The notes beneath the pieces were generated by a model. That model was not told the DNA's origin. It made no database searches and saw nothing but the letters and a program-made list of their open reading frames with translations. Made by a program: the position numbers and the translations under genes. From the IMG/VR virus record IMGVR_UViG_3300030118_007016, positions 1 to 60,809 of that record: a stretch of DNA of 60,809 nucleotides; one strand, given 5' to 3'. Shown piece by piece: positions 13,801-22,500 of this stretch. The stretch's first letter is position 1, and every line of letters begins with the position of its first letter. Source of the stretch: a virus. Taxonomy: Duplodnaviria; Caudoviricetes.

Positions 13801-15364
13801 CAACATCTGGATGTCTGCTATAAATGATTGGATCTCTAAACTCAGAAATTGATGCACTAGATTCTACAATCGCAGAAGTTGTTAGTCTCATTCCAGCTGT
13901 ATAGTTTTTTATAAAACCATTTGAAACACGACCAGAGTAATCTAGCGCTACTCTATCAAGTGATGAAGTCTGCGTAATTCCTTCATTAAACTTATAATAA
14001 ACGCCCAAATCAACTGGATTGCTTGATCCTGTGAACTTGGAATCAATGTTGCCGTAATCTGTGTTTGTACCACCTGCAACCTGTGTAAACCAGTTTCTAG
14101 ATATTTGTTTTGATGATCTGTTTGATTTCCAAAATCTAAACTCATCTATAAAAGATCCGGAGAGAGTACCAAATCCTTCTGTGTTTACTCCAGCACCAAA
14201 TGCTACTGGGGTTGGTCCTGTCCTGTAAGCTCCGATTGTGGCATTAAGTGGAAGAGTTTCTACTGAGGATATTTGAGATCCTGTATGAACTGTATCTGCC
14301 AATACTCCGTTAACATACATCTTCAACAATAAGTGATCAGATCCGGTTGGGTTATTTTGCATCACAAATGCATAGTGATTCCAATCAGATAAGTCTATTC
14401 CAAGATTTCCACTAAAACTAGTTGGACCAACCTTTGCCCTAGAGACACCATTCGAACCTGATGAATATGAAACATAAAAAACAGAATCTTGCAAGTAAGA
14501 CCCATCGGGATCTCCTGATCCATCTACATCAAATATGCTTTCAATAAGTAATCTTCCATACTTCCTGTTGCTTCCCGGTAAATAGTTGAAATTTTCATTC
14601 CACAAATCAAAGTAAGCGTGAGCTGGTGATGTTTGACTTTTTGATGGTTCGGTTGGTAATTTTAACCAAAACTCAACTGTGTTACCAGTTGTTCCATCAA
14701 TGGTAAAGTTTTGCTGTTGCCTTAGCTCTGAGTCGTAGACATTTGCCTTTTGCTCTTTAAACTTATAGTATAGCCCCTTATCATACTCAGATCCGGAAGC
14801 ATATGCAGGTATTGTTGGTCCATTTGGTCCACCCTTTACTGATATGTATTGAGGAGTAGCTGACTTTTTATAAAGTCCATCTCCAGAATTGATTGTTGTA
14901 GCTGTTGTACCCCATGTATGACCGATCTGAATGTTTCCATTTGTTCTAGGGTATTCGTTTTCAAGTATGTAATTGTCTAGATAAGATGATGAGTTGTGCC
15001 ATTCGAGCTTTTCTTTTAAAGATCCATCATATGGATAAAACTTATATATGTTTTGAACTGCTCTTTCATAATACTCTCTTGCAGAACCAAACTTTGCAAA
15101 GTTTTCTGGCTTGGAAAAATCAACATTTGGAAAGAATCTGTCCCGTTGTTTTGTAAAGTTTTTTACATATGATGGAGATTCTATTTCTCTACCAACTTCA
15201 TCAAGACTAGCCGAGGAAAGAATCTTTCTTGTTTTACCTTCTCCACGATAAAAACCAGCACCACCTGATTTATCAAAAAGGTCAGCAAACTTTTTTTTAG
15301 ATCCTGCCTTACTTTGACCTGCACTCCCTCTGGAGGTAGGGCTATTATCTTTTCCTCTTGCCAT
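4820..15364 (-). CDS. Giant virion structural protein (baseplate wedge/fibre-like) with two LamG/ConA-like domains
   Basis: 3514 aa. LamG motifs TVEFWLK, WNHYAFV, LKMYVNG, IDEFRFW and a second set (TLEAEV, KWNFAV, CRYW). KSKGTEKAIRNLIRCYG resembles the P2 gpI/T4 gp7 KGT motif. Downstream of gp6- and gp25-like genes. Confidence 0.75.
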   Translation of the reverse strand: MARGKDNSPTSRGSAGQSKAGSKKKFADLFDKSGGAGFYRGEGKTRKILSSASLDEVGREIESPSYVKNFTKQRDRFFPNVDFSKPENFAKFGSAREYYERAVQNIYKFYPYDGSLKEKLEWHNSSSYLDNYILENEYPRTNGNIQIGHTWGTTATTINSGDGLYKKSATPQYISVKGGPNGPTIPAYASGSEYDKGLYYKFKEQKANVYDSELRQQQNFTIDGTTGNTVEFWLKLPTEPSKSQTSPAHAYFDLWNENFNYLPGSNRKYGRLLIESIFDVDGSGDPDGSYLQDSVFYVSYSSGSNGVSRAKVGPTSFSGNLGIDLSDWNHYAFVMQNNPTGSDHLLLKMYVNGVLADTVHTGSQISSVETLPLNATIGAYRTGPTPVAFGAGVNTEGFGTLSGSFIDEFRFWKSNRSSKQISRNWFTQVAGGTNTDYGNIDSKFTGSSNPVDLGVYYKFNEGITQTSSLDRVALDYSGRVSNGFIKNYTAGMRLTTSAIVESSASISEFRDPIIYSRHPDVVEYEASASIKGREYDGRNSGFMYNTLPSWLIDLDETKERKTILALNQIMASYFDELCLQIKKVPTLKNIEYFSGSVSGSTSKPLPFASRLLTSHGFVAPEIFADATALESLANRNDERNFQTSLENIKNQIYTNIYNNLTYINKSKGTEKAIRNLIRCYGVDDDLYSLNMYADNATISLSNSSRPKVTRKTYADFSSLENFDATVYNFPDPDDSNSTSFLTGSTLENFDGFDSQTGMTLEAEVIFPKRLSPDFPNYRDTVMPGVSSSLFGMHTAVETSTDYVWSANDFANFQVYAVKSQETGPSSKDVFFILTSSNPNSSNEGIFTELTTSVFKDVYNNQKWNFAVKIKPERYPTIGILSGSHDGASAYDVEFFGVCTSNDQIVHQFRLTGAVGEGNGLKFSTSRKRVYVGAHRTNFSGTLLNKSDVKVSSCRYWSIPLENEEIVSHAMDPRNYGVFNAMQNSFLNQSAPTFPQSIEKINTLAMHWDFDTVTGSDSNGRFIIKDISSGSTDARYGDKFSNLLLKTHTARGDFFKVNSTSSLSREYVQGQRQQVPENLNSFASVNILSRDDENFTTRTKPIKFTYSVEKSMYQTISEEMINFLAAASDASAMENLLGDPINKYRGRYKSLEKIRRIFFDKVGNTPNLDKYLDYFKWLDSAVSEMVQQLAPISSKITDVSNIVESHLFERGGKYEHKFPTMHFGSNDPSGSIRGINELLYDWEFGHAPTPPSLGVAATTTITATAAPTVGKEIVLRQLKADGSIIAFTFTVTATTTSGNDFARTGADHGLSNLKTLIDGSGIFTTSAVQNLGGGSYRLTLTQNFKSVLGNTLVTSNVDNYTVAGAAGAAANGEFSGGITRGYQEDNCLWWSKKATRDDAFLPVGDTGVDSSRMEIHSASLQVFNRRFNSPYKIGGNEGGGIIRRETNVKAFSLTETPPFDNSRGLKFNTTTFASASDCKDLDKINPNRQYKTDYQVMTRNDATRIYAGKLVGNYQFVSSSQPAESAGIPDGYTVDNQHLRDYYTLTKDVPIQGPFTEAHVGGNSHRHVGINTGLATIRPEAFYTNPTIAGGNIFYNVVNPSFVSADAPRKDYTRDFIAKSPVNIKNIKNITSSALPNAGVVDDNAATIPLGNYSHNYEIVQIPGRDINNRFLAQSGNIDTTFANSPSVLGLLDYKVPDRGKTTSIMVSRFSAPGGPEVSCPAFMDAASETFAPYNALPFRNLTVRQPLRGFLTRHSPFGGLSAPAKATVSIGTSKPTNGQTIVIVSTDGTSVTYTASSSGTNTALGQFDISNDADDAALGLKQCIEATQGHGGKIIVTLKSDDLASGNNVVVLTQLDQGVDGNTNIVSGLSNTIVEGFSDGRGPLGSPTGSFHKTQRNTRKIIKRTGLDTFGTASLFDNYFVQHAIPQSELQYSWITSSAIQFPFGYSERDFSNASEASTDITFLSASELGLLRVTSSNFFSITSDQVLPSYASFIPQDFVGLNNILVARESDLTENTIHFKTNTTFLPFTNFVSGAVSSSTFLNVALLKANGPYGNSSWKQVRQMYNPLVRYFKKNNIISLAKVTSTKLENIADSTFEVFADVDVLETHIEPPVTFKYKPLNQQFTLKTGDKINLKSTFGNNLSTFANKDVDAATPRFSGRNLGDEVYDDLKNIYLYEYIPPEESPFALDNLDANKMEYLKYSEVVYPKEELTGLAKIRGRGNYTVSSGSSDFNQRLGLSRAFWKHDINDRIRANITARNSSDLAIASGSSYFGMLDLSIWPLDAEEPFFDLECHSASAANSSNGSRRFDPVYWSPLGPSGAQLNPSVEPRWNDVAKNGELSYAGWLYSLLQIQIQGKVRVGGSSDAASAPTGSGPIEIKNTDGFLRVRPSASIQYEFPNIIWSGSFAYGHNTGTGAGSPYFTQNSLVRMSASLHLIPPYRTDVLSGRTPWFDSYEDYAQDIRSFGKDYTVLPEFRITEHIDYYLDKSAPGSKTNAVNNDYATLVGASTDSTSSATNPLGGFNSEFMKTYHFTDFMKHFKLIKEDHEIEIGNKKGAIGQTFEQQESGTTEETIITNVRQAAKFSKIRLECEGIKKLLPYQGFYPVLRAVQLGNLFSASYGSFITGSNTRDGDQERLAALYQPFFAPGIFFNTIKSGIAVDYAVHTGSVPQFGSDSGFIDVLSPLSGATFPMNVVAESPNYVFPFEAILNPDSYLPVSSSDIGPDVTVPSASVFFTYPHFTGSVRPGQNKVDCFYADEKRTPDEHATGTGSAPQIFFEWLGQSDIKYSLAANNFFAEVQNFFLEKKGPTSFLSKPESQFRTMTSGSSYYMDVVLYKTDDFVSYEGPSGSFFFKPGGDAVRAVPDALNESRLIKIGDRKIIGTAKATITAATGFGNGETITFFDSGGNSHVFTLDTSVHPGAGGNPATSGAGKIGIRSITSANDFAEAIAIAVTGSSASGGTGFDSGVNSNIVTVYSDEPGPAGNRKNASTVGGSTAVGAFKGGRNTPPVSVRGIHYGPPYKPGTLRYGVSGTGSADFPLQEAWGEDPSYAIHTPPYFYGDAVARIEFKPHEARDLQAGESAKFTLQEILSNAAVNTAYKNNNKRAKSLQNPDVLNAHPAGISQMQISSSVNLFGSVTLKEIGYSTEQDANGNYIPLTATTPVIQDSQDAWVIESKFECPSVNLHDMDVASLGAGSGLGKEKLFTKGIWKGYGHPPTGASGIFMQVRESYPQKTFAVSKNALLNPSVKTALTGSLINVCGFKATQQRVGEIAPTKQIGEAIVAIPIDSKGFPFFINENTYKQQILQVQQGKSPIFPGQQGSEIERKTTSISKMFNLMRKYYIPPDMDFSSQTNILALEKKPFVMYIFEFTHDLTKDDLSNIWQNIMPEISVKAEKQKSVFEHLIGPEFEFFGDLGVEDFPTNIRWKVFKVKQRARNNYFNITKTSETGKGFSFSSNSELEGFGSDPQAELPFSYNWPYDFFSLVELAKMNSEVTFTRTDDDPKYETFFPGGNGSPE

Positions 15365-17283
15365 TATTCCTCAACCCTAAATTTAAAAACTTCTTGTTGC
15401 TCTTTGTAAGAGTCATTTACATAGTAAGCCAGTCTTAATCCATATTGATAACCAGCTTGTAAAATCTCCATGTCTAGATCAAAATAGTTTCCAGAGACAT
15501 CATATGAGAGTCGTGTATAAGATCCGGGCTCCCCAGAAGATTGTGGAGAAACATTTGATCCAGTTCCAAAAGGTATCGCTACGTAATCATCACTAATCCT
15601 ATAAATACTGTAGTATGCATCTTCAATGATCTCAGTAGGTATAGTTGCTTGCATGACAGTAAAGTTATTTGGGCTCCAGTTCTTTTCTCTTACTGCCACT
15701 CTAAATCTGGCTGTTTCTTGTCTAGAATAAGATGGCTTTAGATTATCTACAGTTGTGACATACTCTGGATCTGGATTGTGGCTAGACGCATTTAAAGTAT
15801 TGACTTCAATCGCTGAACTTGTGTAATAAGATACTAAATCTTCATGATGCCATGCGGCATATACTTCATCAAGAGAGTGAGACATGGCGAATGATGCTGT
15901 ATAAACACCTTGTATTGCCCCTTTAGGTCCTATCGCAATGCCCCCAGTTACATTAGTGTGATTTGTTGCAGACACTCCTCCACCTTTTGGTAAAGGCAGT
16001 TTATCATATATGTTTCCAGCCGAATTAGAATATAGGCTCAATAATATAACATTGGTATTTGTATGAACACTGCTATTTGGTATATTTTTTAGCTGCCCCT
16101 TTACGTAGTTGTAGAGATAAATCTTATTAAGATTATCTTCTCCAGATGCTAAAGAACTGCTTTGGAAAAAGTTACCTGTATCGTCTTTTTCTGCTGAATC
16201 CCAACGTGCTTCCAAATTTGGTCTAAGGAAAAAATATTCACTAGTTCTAGAGAAGAACTTTTTTGTATAATACGAATGTGAGCCAGTTTCAAAACTAGAG
16301 GATAAGAAAACCCCTAAACCATAGTTAGGTATGCCTGTTCCATTTACAAAATCAACCGGATTTGAAAAAGCACTTGATACGTTTGAGCCAGTGCATGTTA
16401 GATCTCCCAAACCCCCGTTTCCATTTCCCGCTAGACCTAAATCATCTTGTGTAAAAGTAAGCGTATTGGAGTCATAAGCAGCTGTTATTCTCAGTGGTCT
16501 GGACTCATTTACTGCATTGGCTATTGCGGATCCAAGTTCGTCTCTAGTTGATAATCCACTGGCGGCTATAGTACTGCCTGCGCTAACTGTTGCCGATGTA
16601 TTGATTACAAACGTTACTGATGTTCCTTGCGAGTCTGTTAAAGAAAATCCTTTTCCATTGTAGTTTGATATAGATGAGTTATCCAGAGTTAAAGTGGCTG
16701 TAGCTTTTACTCCACCTGTCATCCAATCCTCAACCACGTCACTAATATCAACAGACAAGTTTTCTGTTCCATCTGTAAACGATGCAGTATAGGCAGGAGA
16801 TAAGGAACTTTCTGCAAAGTCGCCACCCTCCGTAAGCCAAGTTGAAAAATCATCTCCGGTTGCGCCTTTTCTTATCCAGTTTGAACCAGTGCTTTCGTAT
16901 GTCTGGTCTGAATAATTTTCCATGTCCAAACCACGACCCTCTTGCCAAGAGCCAGAAACAACTTTTACAACCATTTTATATTCTTTCGGTAAAGTAAACG
17001 CATGAGGGGCATTATAAAGATTTAAATGCCACGACACATTGCCACTCGCCGGTAGCAAACCATCGGTTCTATCTTGGTTTATTTTATCTATATCAAATTG
17101 GACAAGAACTCTAGATTTCTCGTCTGTTATGCCTGCTGAAGACGAAGTTTGTCCGTGAATGTAGAAGACCTCAAGCACATCAGCAGCGCCCATGTTTGAC
17201 CCTGTGCCCCTTGTTGTAAGATTGGCTTCAAATGCATTAGTTATTGTGTTGTCAGCATTTGCTATGTATCTTTTAATACCCAT
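15364..17283 (-). CDS. Virion protein with DNRLRE/CBM96-like domain, interrupted by an inserted module
   Basis: 639 aa. ADNTI, SRVLVQFD, WQEG..., DISDVVEDW-x-x-G ... NYGL, and RPNLE match the DNRLRE-domain pattern. TAATG coupling to its neighbours. Confidence 0.55.
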   Translation of the reverse strand: MGIKRYIANADNTITNAFEANLTTRGTGSNMGAADVLEVFYIHGQTSSSAGITDEKSRVLVQFDIDKINQDRTDGLLPASGNVSWHLNLYNAPHAFTLPKEYKMVVKVVSGSWQEGRGLDMENYSDQTYESTGSNWIRKGATGDDFSTWLTEGGDFAESSLSPAYTASFTDGTENLSVDISDVVEDWMTGGVKATATLTLDNSSISNYNGKGFSLTDSQGTSVTFVINTSATVSAGSTIAASGLSTRDELGSAIANAVNESRPLRITAAYDSNTLTFTQDDLGLAGNGNGGLGDLTCTGSNVSSAFSNPVDFVNGTGIPNYGLGVFLSSSFETGSHSYYTKKFFSRTSEYFFLRPNLEARWDSAEKDDTGNFFQSSSLASGEDNLNKIYLYNYVKGQLKNIPNSSVHTNTNVILLSLYSNSAGNIYDKLPLPKGGGVSATNHTNVTGGIAIGPKGAIQGVYTASFAMSHSLDEVYAAWHHEDLVSYYTSSAIEVNTLNASSHNPDPEYVTTVDNLKPSYSRQETARFRVAVREKNWSPNNFTVMQATIPTEIIEDAYYSIYRISDDYVAIPFGTGSNVSPQSSGEPGSYTRLSYDVSGNYFDLDMEILQAGYQYGLRLAYYVNDSYKEQQEVFKFRVEE

Positions 17284-19088
17284 TATTGAACTGTCCCTCT
17301 TATGTCCACATCGGGAAACTTGATTTCAAATATAACATTCTCTGGTGCTACTAACATTCTTGAGTCCATAGTGAGATACCCATTGATATCAAAATCTGCT
17401 GATGAGTACGCTGTTCCAACTCTTTGAACAATTTTTATTTCAGTAACATCCAAAAGACCGTCTACTCTTTTTAAAGCTTGGAAAATATCACCAATCCTTA
17501 CCGGTTCTCCAATATTAAATTTGGATGTGCTCATTCTTTCTTGAATCGCCTGTGTTGCATCTGATAAAACTCTATATTTATTTATATCTGTATCTGCAAC
17601 CACCGCAAATTCTATTCCTATGTTTACAACCACTGCATCTAAAATATCCATGGTATCATTAAGCATTTTATACCCTGATATCCAAGTCTTTAAATTCTTT
17701 TTTAACATATCTGAACTAGTGGTCAGGGCTCCGTTTTGATCCTCTGAAATAACATATAGATTTATATTTCTTTTGAAAGAATTTACGTCTTGTACTACAT
17801 TTGCTCTTTTGACCGCACCAAACTTTGGCGGCAAATTGTAAATCATTGTTAGATAATCATCTTTTGTTACCGCACGATTTTGAGAAGAATACATTCCATA
17901 AGCTCTGTTTTTTATTTCTTCGGAGTTGGGCGTTGATATGTTTCCAACTATTGGTTTTTCGTTTTCAAACTCTAAAGAACTTATAACATTTGATATTTCT
18001 CCAGCTTCTAGTGTTGCTGGGTTTCCAAAATCAAACTCTGTGTCTGATGTCGAAACTAATGAATTTGTTGACAAGTTTGTGTTCTCTTGAGAGTTTGTCC
18101 TATAGACAACCTGAAGCGTTGTGTTTGCTGGGGCTACTCCTAAAGAATCAGACTCTATTAGATTGCTAGGATCAAAGCTGGTGTCTGTTACATGATCTCT
18201 GCCATAAAGATTTAAAATAACTTTGCTCGGATCAGTAATTTTTTCATTTGTAAGATTTGATTCTGAGCCGTATCCAAACTGTATGAAAGTTTGTCCGGCT
18301 ATATTTTCAACCACAAACCTTCTTGGTGCTCCATAGGGTTGCAAAATAAATGGAACCACAGCTTTATCACTAGATGTATTAACTATTGGTCTATAAACAA
18401 CATCTTGGCTAAGGTTTTCTACCTCAACGAACTCTTTACCCTGAGAGTCTGTAATGGTAACAATCTCTGTTATGTTTGTTCCATTTAATCTAAATCTTGG
18501 AAATCTTTGATATTCTCCAACTTCAATAAATTCAACAGCAAGATCCCCGGAAATAACTTGTCCATAGGCTCTAATCGCATATCTAGTAGGAGCACCCGTT
18601 GTTGTATTTACTTCAGCCACTACCACTTCGTTGTTTTCATCAGAAAAATCAACGTCTTCATTTAATGAAAAAGTCGTACCTGCATCGGAGGAAAATTTCG
18701 CTCCTCTTTTTAAAATGGGAGCATAATTTAAATCTGGTCCTGTGCCCGCAGATGTGGCTGGGACAAGGACATACAATGTTACCTCTCCGGAAGAAGCTGG
18801 TATTCCTTTGTATTTGTACCCGAGCTGCCTTGCTAATCTAACAACATTTTCATATTCAATCGCAGTGTCTAAAAAAGACTCATTAACGTTATAATCTAGA
18901 TAGTATGATAAAACGTCGCCAACATAAGCAACGGTATCAAGCATCAATGATCCAAAAGATGCTTCGCTAAAATCTTTAAAGTTATCTGGGTAATATCTTC
19001 TGGCGTAAGCAACAAGATCTCTTTTTATTGTGTCGAAATCTCTGCTTGTATAATCTATAGGTACTGTTTTTTTCTTGCTAAAAGGCAT
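17283..19088 (-). CDS. Baseplate wedge subunit (T4 gp6 / baseplate-J-like)
   Basis: IDYTSRDFDTIKRDL, DFSEASFG, ESFLDTA, ARQLGYK, IQFGYG and NRAVTKDDY are typical gp6-family motifs. GAGGAG SD. Confidence 0.9.
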   Translation of the reverse strand: MPFSKKKTVPIDYTSRDFDTIKRDLVAYARRYYPDNFKDFSEASFGSLMLDTVAYVGDVLSYYLDYNVNESFLDTAIEYENVVRLARQLGYKYKGIPASSGEVTLYVLVPATSAGTGPDLNYAPILKRGAKFSSDAGTTFSLNEDVDFSDENNEVVVAEVNTTTGAPTRYAIRAYGQVISGDLAVEFIEVGEYQRFPRFRLNGTNITEIVTITDSQGKEFVEVENLSQDVVYRPIVNTSSDKAVVPFILQPYGAPRRFVVENIAGQTFIQFGYGSESNLTNEKITDPSKVILNLYGRDHVTDTSFDPSNLIESDSLGVAPANTTLQVVYRTNSQENTNLSTNSLVSTSDTEFDFGNPATLEAGEISNVISSLEFENEKPIVGNISTPNSEEIKNRAYGMYSSQNRAVTKDDYLTMIYNLPPKFGAVKRANVVQDVNSFKRNINLYVISEDQNGALTTSSDMLKKNLKTWISGYKMLNDTMDILDAVVVNIGIEFAVVADTDINKYRVLSDATQAIQERMSTSKFNIGEPVRIGDIFQALKRVDGLLDVTEIKIVQRVGTAYSSADFDINGYLTMDSRMLVAPENVIFEIKFPDVDIRGTVQ

Positions 19089-19109
19089 CTAGATGATCTC
19101 CTCAACTTG

Positions 19110-19117
19110 TAAATAGT
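19110..19117 (-). promoter_or_regulatory. Putative late promoter motif ACTATTTA upstream of the gp6-like gene
   Basis: Intergenic copy of a motif that recurs in sense orientation upstream of several genes. Confidence 0.55.
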
Positions 19118-19154
19118 CAAAAAAACAAATGTTTACCTACTATGTGATAAACAT

Positions 19155-19550
19155 TTAGTATCCACTCGAAACAGATACTGTTAAAACATCAGATGCATTA
19201 AGTGGAGTGATAATATACTTGACAGAAACTGAAAGTTTTCTCCTTTCATCAAAATCAGGAGAGTCTTCAAAGCTCTCAAATGAAACATCAACAATTTTAA
19301 CAAAAGGCAAATATTTGTTTGCTTGAGACAGTATTCTCGCTCGAATCTGATCATATAATAGTGGATTATTTGGCTCAAACAAAAACTCGTAAACACCAAC
19401 TCCAAAATCTGGAATCATTATCCTTTCACCGGGATTTGTTAAAACTAGCATTCTAAAATTTTGCTTTACGACATCCCTCAAGGTGTCAAGCATTTTATAC
19501 CCTGTCACTCCATCAAGTGTCAATGGTAAATACGGTGAGTAATATGCCAT
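19155..19550 (-). CDS. Baseplate wedge subunit, gp25/GPW family
   Basis: LVLTNPGERIMIPDFGVG...LFEP signature, 131 aa. Confidence 0.92.
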   Translation of the reverse strand: MAYYSPYLPLTLDGVTGYKMLDTLRDVVKQNFRMLVLTNPGERIMIPDFGVGVYEFLFEPNNPLLYDQIRARILSQANKYLPFVKIVDVSFESFEDSPDFDERRKLSVSVKYIITPLNASDVLTVSVSSGY

Positions 19551-19553
19551 TTG

Positions 19554-22500
19554 TTAAGGTGCTCCTTTTACACTGTTTTTCGCTATTCCTGATGGTCCTC
19601 CACGTTTTTTGATATCATCAGATTGGTGCTTGTACGCTTCTCTACCCTTTATTCTCCCTACATCTGCCATTGCAGAAAATAAAGACTTCTTTGTTTGATC
19701 AAAAGCTGCATTTACTCTTGTCCCGGCAGCTGGACCCTTGTCTAATATTTCCCCATTTGTATCTTTTGTTGTAGAAGAAGAAACGGCTAATATGCTATAA
19801 ATAGATAATGTATACAATATTTTTGGTATTGAAAACGAATATTTAAATAATGTTTGAAAATCTTCTCCACCTATGATACCAGAAAGAAGATCAAAAAGAA
19901 CTTTCTTCACTCTAGGCTCATTAACAATGTCATCAAATTTGTCTAAAACACCTTCTCCGGGTTCTAGTCCAACTATCTCATCTAAGTTTTTGCTGAAGCT
20001 GACTATCTTTAATTTCTGAGCTTGGGTAAAACCATCATCCCAGTTTTTAATACTTTGTTCATTAGAAAATATAGGGAGTATTATAGATACTCTTGCTAGT
20101 TTTTCTTCCACTGAAACACCTTCGGGAAGGATTTCAGTCTGACCCTCCAGTAATATAGGCTTTTCAGTGCATCTAAGTGACTTTTCTCTGAAGCTTTTGT
20201 CTTGAATGATATCTCTTAAGGTCTCTATTTCTTCTTCATCAACCCCCTGAAAAAGTTCAAAACTTTTGGTTTGTTCTGTAGAAGAAAGTAGAGCAGAGAA
20301 CATATCGTTAAGATATACGCCTGTTAAGTTTTGATTTTGATAAAAAGTTTCTCCCTCCGTTGTTAGTAGCTCATCTTTTGTTTGGGCGTATCCATAACAC
20401 AATCTAACTCCTATCTTAATGTCTTTAAACATATTATTAAGAGGGATCTTGCTAGGAGCGAGAGCCACTGGTGATGGGAAAGGGCTGGATCCTCCTTTCT
20501 TTTGTTCAATCAAATCATGAAGATTTTTTAAAAAATCAGAAAAGTTTTCATCGCTCATGAGCTGGTCTGTACCGGGGTAAAGTGCATCTAAAAGCTCTTC
20601 ATTATAAAATTCATCGCCCGGAGACCATTGTTCTATTTTATAGTAATATTGATAAAAGAATCTACCATTAGTAAACTCTGTTATTCTAGATGGCGCACAG
20701 ATGGATTGCGGAGATACGCCATTTTGAGAGGATGCTCGAACGTTATAAATTTGCAATAAGTTAGGATAAACAAGAGTTAACAATGGATTTATCTGCCCTA
20801 TCTTTTTTGAGCCGTTTTGTCCTACTCCATTATCTTTAAGTTTTGTATTGTTCAATCTATGCTTAATGAAGTTAATTGGACCTTTGTAGTATTGTCTTAT
20901 ATAATATTTTGTTGCATCACTCCAGTTTTCTATTGGCACTTCTTTACTAATGGTTGGGTCATATATTTTTCCAACAGGTGTTTTTGAAGTCGAAGATGGA
21001 TTATCAGGTGTAAACTCCGATTTCCTTGCTATCAACTCATATACAACGTCTTTATAAATTTTTGCCTGATTTGGTGAACATCTAGTAGGGTCATTGAGAA
21101 AAACCTTTATCTCTTGTACGATAACATCAACTAAAGAATAGTCATCCAAAAAGAATGATGATGGAATTTTTGATAATACAAACATTGATTTTGCAAAAAA
21201 TTCTCCAGTAAAAGTTTGAACCATGGCAACCACAAGTCCTTCTAGCATTGCGTATTGGGGCATGCCCAACTCTTCACTATTTGGATCATAAAACTCTGAA
21301 AAATCATAGTTTTTCTTGATGATTTCCTTAACCATTCTAAAATCTACAATTCCAGTTGGGCTTGAAGTGCCCCCTTCATTTGGGATATCGACTGGTGTCA
21401 GGTCTACATTTTCCACCTCTCTTCTATCTATTCTTAAATCTCCGATTAAATCGACTAGTCCAATTCCAAAACTATTTTCTGTTTTCTCATTTGCAGCGTC
21501 AAGATCTAAGTTTACAAAAGGATTAGCATCAAATGTTTTTAATAACTCTCCTTCAGATATCTCTCGTGCAAACAATCTAAACATTCTATTAAAAATAGAA
21601 AGAAACAGTTTTTTTGACATAACCTCTCTTATACCTTGAGCGCCGTCACCTATTGTCATAGTTTTTTGAATTTCGGCGTCGGGGGTCGAAGACTCGGTTT
21701 CACCAAGGAGAAGGGCGGGATTGGGCATGAATGTTTGATTCATGATTCCTAAAGAATCACACACTACATTACCAAAATATTGCCCTTGTTCACAAATATT
21801 AACACTATTGAAAAGAGGATACTTTTCAAGCTTCTTTCTTTTCTCTTCAGTTATGCCTCCTGTTGACTGTGGACTAATAGTAAATGATCCAAATCTGTCA
21901 TTTTTAACAAGAATATTATAGTTATCAGTGTATGTAAGATTTCCGTTTTTATTTTCTATTGGAGGTTTTAAAAACAAAGTTACAAGATTTTCGTCATTTA
22001 CTTTTGCTTTTACAGCATTTTCTGTTGATATTAGAGATATGTATGACTCTATTGATCCTAATGTCAAATCGCCAACATCATTAGCTAATCTATTTGATAA
22101 ATCAGGCAGAAAAGGTGCGATGGCAGCTGCAACAAATGCAGGGAATGATAGAACTTGCTTTAAGTCTGGATCTTCTACAACAAGACCTTTTTTCCCACTA
22201 CCTCTTGTAAATGCTTTGCTATCTTGTGTTAGCTTTACCTCGATTGGCAACAACATTGATGTTACAGCCTGCTCCACTGCGTAGTCCATTGTAGGAGTAT
22301 TTAATGAAGACATGGCTCCAAGATTGCCCTTTCCATCTCCGAAAAGCGGGGGCATCTGAGTTGATAAATCATTTTGCTTTCTTATTAAATCTGCTAATTG
22401 CTTATACTTGTCAACGTCAGCACCAGCAGCTCTTTGAGCAAACTTGTTTATACCATCTAGAGCACCGCACTTGTCAAGAAGTTGTTTTTTTGCATCGTCT

